DNA of 44,832 nt, taken from Catajapyx aquilonaris (taxonomy: Eukaryota). Where the stretch lies: the NCBI GenBank assembly GCA_000934665.2, contig KZ538182.1:62001-106832 (forward strand). The letters run 5' to 3'. The translations under genes were made by a program, and so were the position numbers. Numbering within the stretch: position 1 is the stretch's first letter; every line of letters starts with the position of its first letter. Shown here one piece after another: positions 37,201 to 44,832 of the stretch. Under the pieces are notes generated by a model, which was not told the DNA's origin, did no database searches, and worked only from the letters and a program-made list of their open reading frames with translations.

Positions 37201-40200
37201 GTGTTCCTGGTTTGTTACGGTCTCGACTGGGTGAGTAGAAGTGTGTAGCAGCATGCAGGAGAGAGACTGCCTGGCAACACTGGAAGCAGGGGAAAGGGTT
37301 GAACCAGAGCATGCGATGGTTTTTGACAGCATGCCCCTTAGTGTTTAGGCGTGAGTGTGTGTGAGTGTGCAAACGTACAGCAGAGACAAGGAAGAGAGAA
37401 GCCTAGAGACGACAAAGGTTTGGTTTTTTTCTTTGTCTGCAGCAGTGGACCGGCAGTGCGGGTGGGTGTGTTTTGGTGCAGAGTTGGTGTGTGGGTGGAT
37501 TAACTAAATGCTTGGTTTCTGGCTCTTTCTCTCCGCCCATGCCAACCCTGATTTCCCCTGCCCTTTGACCCAACCTGACCCCATTAGGTACCGCTTCCTG
37601 GAGATTTACTACCGGAGGGACCGGGAGTCTGGGCGAGGAGGAGGTGACGCAGGGCAGAACCCCAAGGCTGCTCCGGCGGGCAGCAGCAGTGGCTCCGCGC
37701 GTGTTGAAACAGTGGTCCTCTTTCTCCCAGATATTTGGAGCTGTCTTCCAACCAGGGCTGAGTGGGAGGCGCTCCTGGCCCGCAGGCAGGCTGCTGCCGC
37801 CACCCCTGGGCCATCCCCCAACCCCAAACTTTGCAGTGGCCAGAAACCTGTTTCTACCCAATCCCAACCCACAGGTACTCAGCAGGCGGAGGAGTCAACC
37901 CCAACCCCTCCCGTCACTCCTGCCCCGACCCAACCACAGCGAGCCACCCGCAAGACAACCGCGCAGAAGCAGGCCTCCGAGGCAGAGTCGTCCCAGTCAG
38001 CAGTGCAGCAGACTGAAAAGGCAGCGCCTCTTTTCTCTCTCTCTTTCTCTTTCTCTCTCTCTCTGTCTTTTCTCTCTGTCTCTCTCTGCTTCTGTCTTTT
38101 CCTTCCTCCCCCGCCCCCCGCCCCCTCAAAATGCCCCCCCTCTTGTTTTTTCTCTTAGGCCAGCAGTACCCCCCACAGATCATAAAAAGGGGCAGGGTTG
38201 TTGGGTGCATTTTTAAAAATATGAGGAAATGCAAAAGGCAGGTCTGCTGAACTGTTTTGGTTTGGTTTTCTAGTGGCTGGGATGAGGCAGGCGGATGCAT
38301 CACCTTTTTTTATATATATTATACATTTATTGTCACTCGAGAGTGTATTGTTGTTTTTGCCTTCCCGGATTCTCTGGTTCAATATTGTAGGGTGATTTGC
38401 AGGGAGAGAGCCTTTTCTTCCCCACACTTTTTTGCATTGTTTATAATTTTTTATTTATTTATTGAACTGATTGCAAAAGCTGTGTGTCAGTCTGGGCTGT
38501 CCAATCTGAAGGTCGTCTCTGCCCTTTTCCAGAACGGACCTGCTGACACAGCTGAAGCCAGTGCTGAAGAAGTGACGACTCCGGTTACCAAGAGGGAGCC
38601 AACCCCATTCTCTGAACTGGACCCAAAATCGATGAAGGTTAGTCAATGAGTCAAGCACCGGAGAGCCATGCTTACTGGTGCCACATGTATAACAAACCCT
38701 GAGTGTGATTATCTGCGTGGCTTCCCTCACAACTGGCTTGTTTTTAGGTGAGTGAGCTGCGTGCAGAGTTGGAGGCTCGTGGCCTTAGCTGCAAGGGGCT
38801 CAAGTCGCAGTTGGTGGCAAGGCTTGGGAAGAGGCTGAGGAGCGAGGCCAACCAGAAGGAAGAGGAGGACGAAGAAGAGGGGATGGAGGAAGACGTGGTG
38901 GAACAGGTGGAAGGGGACGAGGAGGAGGAGGAGCCGGCGGCGGCAGGAGGAGAGGCGAAGGAAGCAGTGGAGGAAGAAGCACCAGCCCCAATGGAAGTCC
39001 TGGAGGAATTGCCCAACGCTGTTGAGCCCAAGAGTGAACCTGATGCTGCTGGTCCTTCTGCGGATCCCCAGCCAGCAGAGACCACCCCACCTCCCACGCC
39101 TGGACCGCAACCCAAGGAGGCTGCACCCCCTGTTCCAGCCCCAGTCCCGCTTCCCAGCTCCCTTCCCACCTCTTCACATGTGCTGGTCTACCCCTCCCGC
39201 TGGGCCAAGGGCGGCCGTTTTGACTGCACCCTTCTATCCCTGTCCCTGCTCCTGGATTATCGGCAGGAGGACAACAAGGAGCACTCTTTCGAGGTCTCTC
39301 TCTTTGCTGAGCTCTTCAACGAGATGCTTGTGAGGGATTTTGGGGTTGCCATCTACAGGGCGTTGGTCGCGTACACGCCAGATGCCACCAAGACTGATGA
39401 AGCCAAGACAAGCAAAAAGGAAAAGGAAGGGGAGGCCAAAGATGAGGAAAAGCAGCCCAAGGTTTGTCTCATTCTTGTGTTTTCTCGTGGCGTATGCTCA
39501 TTATCATGTGTTGCAGGTGAAGGAAGAGGAGGATGAGGAACGTAAGAAGAACAAGGTGGTGGCAGTGCCAACCACGATGCGGACTGTGCGTCCTGCTCTT
39601 CTGCTTGCATTTGTGTATTTCGACCAGTCTCATTGCGGGTACCTGCTGGACAAGGATGTGGAGGAGATCCTGTTCACCTTGGGTCTAAACCTGTCCAGGG
39701 CGCAGGCCCGTAGGCTGGTCCAGAAGGTGGCCTCCAGAGACGCCATCCATTACAGGAGGATCACCGACCAGGCAGTCCCAGTCGAGGGGGAGTCGGGAGA
39801 GGCGACGGAAGAAGGCGGGGTGGTGGTCAAAAAGGAAGAAGGGGAGGAGAATGTGTGTATGCAGGAAGAAGCGGAGGAGGAGGTGCCTGTGGAGGGCAAC
39901 AAAGGACTGATACCTCAGTTGGGGGTGGTCAAACGCGAACCACCACGAGAGGGTGGAGGGGAAGAAGGGAGTGAAGGAGACGTCGCTCCGGGAGTGGTCA
40001 GGTACCAGGGGTCTCTCCTGGACATTGGAAGCCTCTTGGGTCAGCTGAGGAGGAGTCAGAGGGACAGGGTTGCCACGCAAGAGAGGATACAGGCCCTCGC
40101 GCAGCAGTCAGGTCAGTCCGCTGCATTTTTGTAACGTGGCCTTTGAGCAGCAGCTGCAGGTAAAGGCTTGACCATCTGCATTTCTGTGCAGCTGCTGCTC

Positions 40201-41496
40201 TATTCTCCTTCCCAGAGCTGAGGTTGTGACAGAAAATGCATATATGAATGATGTGGCAATGGCCTTGAATTTAATTAGCCACATGTTACACTTGCTTGAC
40301 TAGAATGTGTTCCACGCCTGGGCTTGGATAGGCTTGGACACTCTCAGCCATTGTAGCAGCTATTGTCTGAAAATTAGGCCGTATAACTGCAGGTTTGGAT
40401 TTAATAATGGGCATAGTAATATGCAGAAATCCGCACCATGAAAAGTTGCATTCAATTCGGAACACCCTGTAGCATTTCTGCAGTAAGAGAGCATGAGAAA
40501 CAATCCTGCTGATAAGCGAAATTGGATTTGGTCACCTGATTGATTTCCCAAATGAATAGTCATCATCAGGGAGATAAAGCTGTCTGCCCTTATCTGCGTT
40601 TTTTCCGTAAGGGTTTTCCGTCACACATCTGGGACGCACTGCTCATTCTGTGGATTTACGAGGCTCATGATAATGCCAGGACGGCTGTACTTCCCATACA
40701 ATTACTCCACACTTGACGAGAACGTTATCAGATTGCACCTTATGACACTTGAGAAGTACACAGGAAGTTTCTCGAAAATTAATCTTTATTACGACATGTA
40801 ATTAGATCTTGGAAACAAGTATCATGCAACCTGACTTAAAAACACATCGATAGAGTGTGAATTTGACCGCAGCATTTTCATTTCTATTTCTTCGGACTAG
40901 GCAACTTGCTATTACCAATCGCACAAATTGTGCAACTGGATTTTCTGATGCGAACTGACCTCTGCTTATCGCCATATTATTGTCCTGTTATGTAACATTT
41001 GTTTTGGATACATTTTGGCCTTGATATTGGGTTTTGGGTAAACATTGTCGGACCATTTTCGCAAGGTCGTGTTCCTAGCTAATGACTGGACATATCGGGT
41101 CCAAAGAGTTTCCTGCTTTGATTACGCCATTTCCGTCCTGTTATCATAAGTGGATCCCACGCTAATGTGCGATTGCTTTGTCTTTTCCTTTCTCTAGAGA
41201 GCTGGCGTGAGCGAGCCGAGAGCGAGTCGGCCCAGGCAAAGCGATTGGGTGGGGAGGTCCGGAAGCTGAGCGGACGCCTACGTGATAGCCGCAAGGAGGC
41301 AGACAGGTGGAGGAAGGCGGCCAGCCAGAGGGCAGGCGCCATCAGGCAGGTGCAGCAGATAGTGGGGGAGTGCCTGTCGATTGAGGACAGTGTCATAGGT
41401 GAGCATGGACAGGACAGTGACACCCCAGTGGACGAGGAGGCCCACAACGGTGCAGAGGAGGCTCCGATGGACACTGATGCTGCTGCGGAGGGATGA
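29421..41496 (+). CDS. CCAR1: Cell division cycle and apoptosis regulator 1 (CCAR1/DBC1 family). 11 coding exons: 29421-29472, 29536-30134, 31214-32072, 34926-35484, 35655-35955, 36042-36328, 37588-~38020, 38533-38637, 38748-39461, 39517-40111, 41198-41496; ~1600 aa
   Basis: MAQFGAATKNPPWA N-terminus; S1-like RVFTGTVTKLHDNFGFVDEDVFFQ...PFKWNATRIQ; ELRRRYSNLYVPSDFF; DBC1/Nudix-like LGGPWSPSLDG...TGIDLSKCTQWYRFLEIYY; SAP MKVSELRAELEARGL..KGLKSQLVARL; DNKEHSFEVSLFAELFNEML; EF-hand-like LLLAFVYFDQSHCGYL. The donors of exons 2 and 7 are uncertain. Confidence 0.95.
30015..30095 (+). repeat. Coding 15-bp minisatellite encoding (QQMQP)x5 in CCAR1
   Basis: cagcagatgcagcct-like unit repeated five times. 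Confidence 0.9.
30961..31126. mobile_element. MITE with ~40-bp TIRs (AGGCCT termini) in a CCAR1 intron
   Basis: aggcctgaagcaaacgaggggattcaggagcgataagttgc ... gcaacttctctcctcccgaatcccctcgtttgctgcaggcct|aat. Confidence 0.75.
31228..31350 (+). repeat. CAG/CAA polyglutamine tract in CCAR1
   Basis: About 25 consecutive Gln plus a further Q run directly before the S1-like domain. Confidence 0.95.
33002..33981. mobile_element. Nested transposon remnants in a CCAR1 intron: outer ~85-bp inverted repeats, a Tc1-like end at 33121 and an internal foldback at 33522-33680
   Basis: 33002-33086 pairs with 33897-33981 (ttcaaaaacggtaacacata...tgctgagttttg). cactaccggtcaaaagttt at 33121 is a typical Tc1 TIR start. 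tacagaaatgaggtttggaccagc pairs with gctggtccaaacctcatttctgta. Confidence 0.75.
36738..36845. repeat. Intronic inverted repeat (small foldback/MITE)
   Basis: tggaattttc..ctgctagttact.actgctaacttagca pairs with tgctaagttagcagt..agtaactagcag.aaaattcca. Confidence 0.65.
38030..38092 (+). repeat. (CT)n-rich microsatellite at the start of a CCAR1 intron
   Basis: Imperfect tctctc run. Confidence 0.85.
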
Positions 41497-44267
41497 GTGG
41501 GGCCTCCTCTGCAAACCCTCGTGCCACTCTCTGGTGTCGTCACGACCTCCGATTAAAGTGCGTCTCCGACACAGTTGACCCCCCCGACCCCACCCAGCTG
41601 AGCTGGGCATGCATCCGGGCTGACCCGCAGTAAAATGGCTACCACTAACAATAAAAGCGTTGGCTGCAACGCCATGCAGATCCTTATCCTCCTCGGCCTT
41701 ATTTCTGTCCCGCCATTGTCCCTTCCCAGCTGGAAGCTCATTTGCATGCGTTGCATCACAGGGTTGCAGCAGATGTGCCCTTCGGACGCGGGAAGTGAGG
41801 AAGTCCCCTCCTTTTTTTATCTCTTCAAAAACTGGAATAACTAGAAAGATAAAACCCCCAAAGAGAATAAGGGATGGACGGGATGGTTGTTGTTGTTGCT
41901 GGATGTGGACAGATCGCGAAGGGGCAGTGGGTGACCTGACCCGAGGCGGCCGACCAAGTGTCTGCCGCAATAGGCTCTCTGGTTGCTTTTTCATTAGGGC
42001 TGCAGGGGTCAAGAGGCCCTCTGGAAATGTCATCAGGGACGGGGAGGTAGAGGTCATATCTGCTGATTTCTGGTGTAGTAACTCTTGACTGCATGCTGGT
42101 TGGAGTAGGAGGAGTTGAGGGAGCAAAGAGGGGCAGGGGCAGCCATTGTGGCGCCTGACCGAGTTGACCTTTGACCCTGGAGGGTGGCGACCTGCGCCCC
42201 GTCCTGCCCAGCCCCCCTATTGAAGCGCGTGCGGGCGGGGGGGCGCAAGCGCTTGGCCGTTAAAAGGCGCGCTGCTTTGACGACGCCCTCATTATCACCC
42301 GGGAGTCCGACGCCGTACGTCGCACCATACATCCGCCGCCGCCGTGGTGAAGTTTCATCGCCAGTATAGTTGCAGCCTACTCAACCAGTGACCACCAGTC
42401 AAGGACCTAGCAGGTACAAGCGCCTATACGGGTTCGTTGTTCACACGACAGTCGTCCCTGTCGATCGGTCGGTTGTATCCACCAGCGCAATGACCACAAC
42501 GACGTCAAGTGAGCATGTTGCGTCACTCGTTGTTGCGACAATGTTACGTGAGACAACGCATACACAATAAGCACATGTACAGCGAGATAACAATTTATTG
42601 AAGGGCTGAGATAGGGGATTACGATGGGGGGTGCTGACGTGTGTGCACGGTCCAGGCGCAGCAATGCTGCCGATAGGAATTTACAGCCGGCGGCGTGCGT
42701 CGTTGTTCACAATTTTACGATCTCGCTTTTTTATTATACTTCGCATTTGGCGGCTCACGTCGAAATGGCACGTATAGTACAGTACAGGTGCGCGCTTTGT
42801 AATGCTCGGTGAAAGCATTGCAATGCTGGAAAGACCGGCCTGGATTTGAAGGGAAAGGGGAAATACTGACGTAACTGACCGTTTCTTTCGTTATTTAGCT
42901 CGCATTCGCATATGCGGCGGAAATGAACGCATCTGTTCTGTTGGCAGCCCTGAGAGGGACGGGACAGAAGCTGCGCGTTAGGGAGTGCGCATTCGGTTGT
43001 TCTCTCGGGTGATGCCGATTGATGGGCGTAGCAGGTCCGTCCGCGACATTTCAACTGGAGACGTGCTCTATATAATAAAATTATAATATGATTGGCCGAT
43101 AGCGGTGCTGACCTGACCAAAAATCAACGGGTTCTAGATTGCCACATCGTAATTATTCATTAGCAGAGGGCAAAGAAGTGCGCCGCATGCAGATGTATAG
43201 GATGAAACACTGCCCTGAACCCGCGCACATACGAGCAATGGTTTTTACGCTACGCCATTTTCTTGCGTATAGTATATATGCCGCAAGTGGATTTATCAAC
43301 AGAGAGTGAGGCACTTTGTATAGAGTCGTGTGCGCATCTTGCCTGACGCCCAAAGGATCAAGCTGCTGGCGGGTTGTCCGAAAGAAGGTGCGACACTATA
43401 AAAAGGTGAATCTTTCAGACGCAAAGTATACTACCTGATGGCTTATCTGGCTTTCGATCTGACCCACTCACCAAAGATTCTACACGTACAGTGCTGCGGA
43501 ACACATATATTATACCAGTCAATGTTAGTTGCCAGCAGGTAACGGAGCAGCGCCGTCAATGCCGATAAAGAAACATTTATTAGGGACTGCTAATTATGAC
43601 CAGCACTGTACACCGGATGAACCCTGCTAGGCCTTGCCTGCTGCTGGGCATGATTAGCCTCATCTCTGTTTGCATGCAAGCACATTCTTGATTAATTATT
43701 ATTGTATCCCCGCCTGAAGTGAAAGAGGGAGTCACAGACGCTCGTTTCCTCCGCCACGGTGTTGCCCGACAGCACCTCCGCTATAGGATGAACGTGACTT
43801 GGCAAGTGGAGCACGTGCTGCGGTCAGGCGCACACATCACCTTGCAGGATGTGTCGCCACCAGCACCATGACGTGTATACAGTACCGCGAATGATATTCG
43901 GTGGTGTCACATATATATTCCGCAGATATTACTCGTCTTCTCTGACCATGCCAGCACGACCAGCAAGTTGACCGATAAGCAATCGAGGCAGCGTTTGTTT
44001 CCTCTTCCACCCCACCCACCCACCCACCCACCCACCCTGACACACAGATATCCGGACCACAGGATATACTTGTGCACACGGAGACGTGTTGGGAGTCCTG
44101 GACACACCCCGCAGTCGCGTGTGCGGATGAGAGGTCGTGGCGCCATTGACCAACGGATGGGTGGGTGGCAAGAGTGGAGGATTGACATGTTGTGCTTGGG
44201 TGGCTGGCAAGAAGGTCTCGAGATGATGAACTAAACAAGGTGTATTTCAAATATACAATAAGCTTGA

Positions 44268-44295
44268 CAATAATAATAATAATAATAATAATAAT
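44268..44295 (+). repeat. (AAT)n microsatellite
   Basis: About nine aat units; a (CCCA)n run lies nearby at ~44010-44037. Confidence 0.9.
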
Positions 44296-44832
44296 CAGAG
44301 TACTCTACGTGGGTGTGCAATACACTCACTTGAACAGTACGCCTGTCCAGTGCGCACGTGTCTGCGCGCAGGTAGAGTGGAGGTGTGGGGAGGGAGGGCA
44401 GGTCACGTGACTGGAGGTATGGATAAAACCAGCGCTTGGGGGTTGCCCCTTCCCTCTTTTGAACGCTGCCTCGGTCTGGACTGGGCTGGGTGCCACTCAC
44501 TCGCTTCATCTTCCCTCTTCTTCGCACACTTCGCCTGTTTATACTACTAGTCATTCAACTACTGCCCACTGGACCAAAAAAAGGTTGCGAGGCCGCCTCT
44601 CACTACAGACCACGAGGAGGAGGGACAAGGACCCTAGCTGCCGCATCACGTACAAAAGGGCGTAAAAGGTGAGCTCTGGACCACCATGCCTTTCCAGCAA
44701 CCGAAGTGGCCGGCTGGTTTTATTCATTCCTCTGGAGAGACCAAGAGAGAGACAATGCAATTGGCATGGGTGAGGACGCCGCCGGCAGACTGCTGGAGAG
44801 GGTCGCCATCTTTGATTGAGGGGATGGTGGGG

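Noticed and set aside
40186..40295. Possible intronic H/ACA or C/D snoRNA in CCAR1
   Set aside because: Box-like motifs are present but the hairpins and pockets are not convincing; no proper C/D pair was seen in other introns.

Overview
Eukaryotic, intron-containing genomic DNA. It is most likely an arthropod (inference from 50-100 nt introns, DRE promoter motifs and arthropod-type gene models); a Sec-containing GPx points away from holometabolous insects. Six spliced genes were assembled by hand with phase-consistent splice junctions: HGSNAT (+, 2265-5022); a 3-exon, possibly FAM149-like gene (+, 5876-7206); a low-complexity CCSER-like coiled-coil gene (+, ~13288-19112, 5' end uncertain); a secreted selenocysteine glutathione peroxidase with in-frame TGA and a type II SECIS (+, 23513-24232); a cyclophilin with CypD-like features and an in-frame N-terminal extension (-, 25109-26119); and CCAR1 (+, 29421-41496), divergent from the cyclophilin. 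Introns and intergenic DNA hold several MITE/foldback elements, and there are two small N gaps. The strongest signals are the UGA-recoded GPx, the probable dual-start cyclophilin and the unassigned FAM149-like gene. I found no convincing wholly novel multi-gene system.
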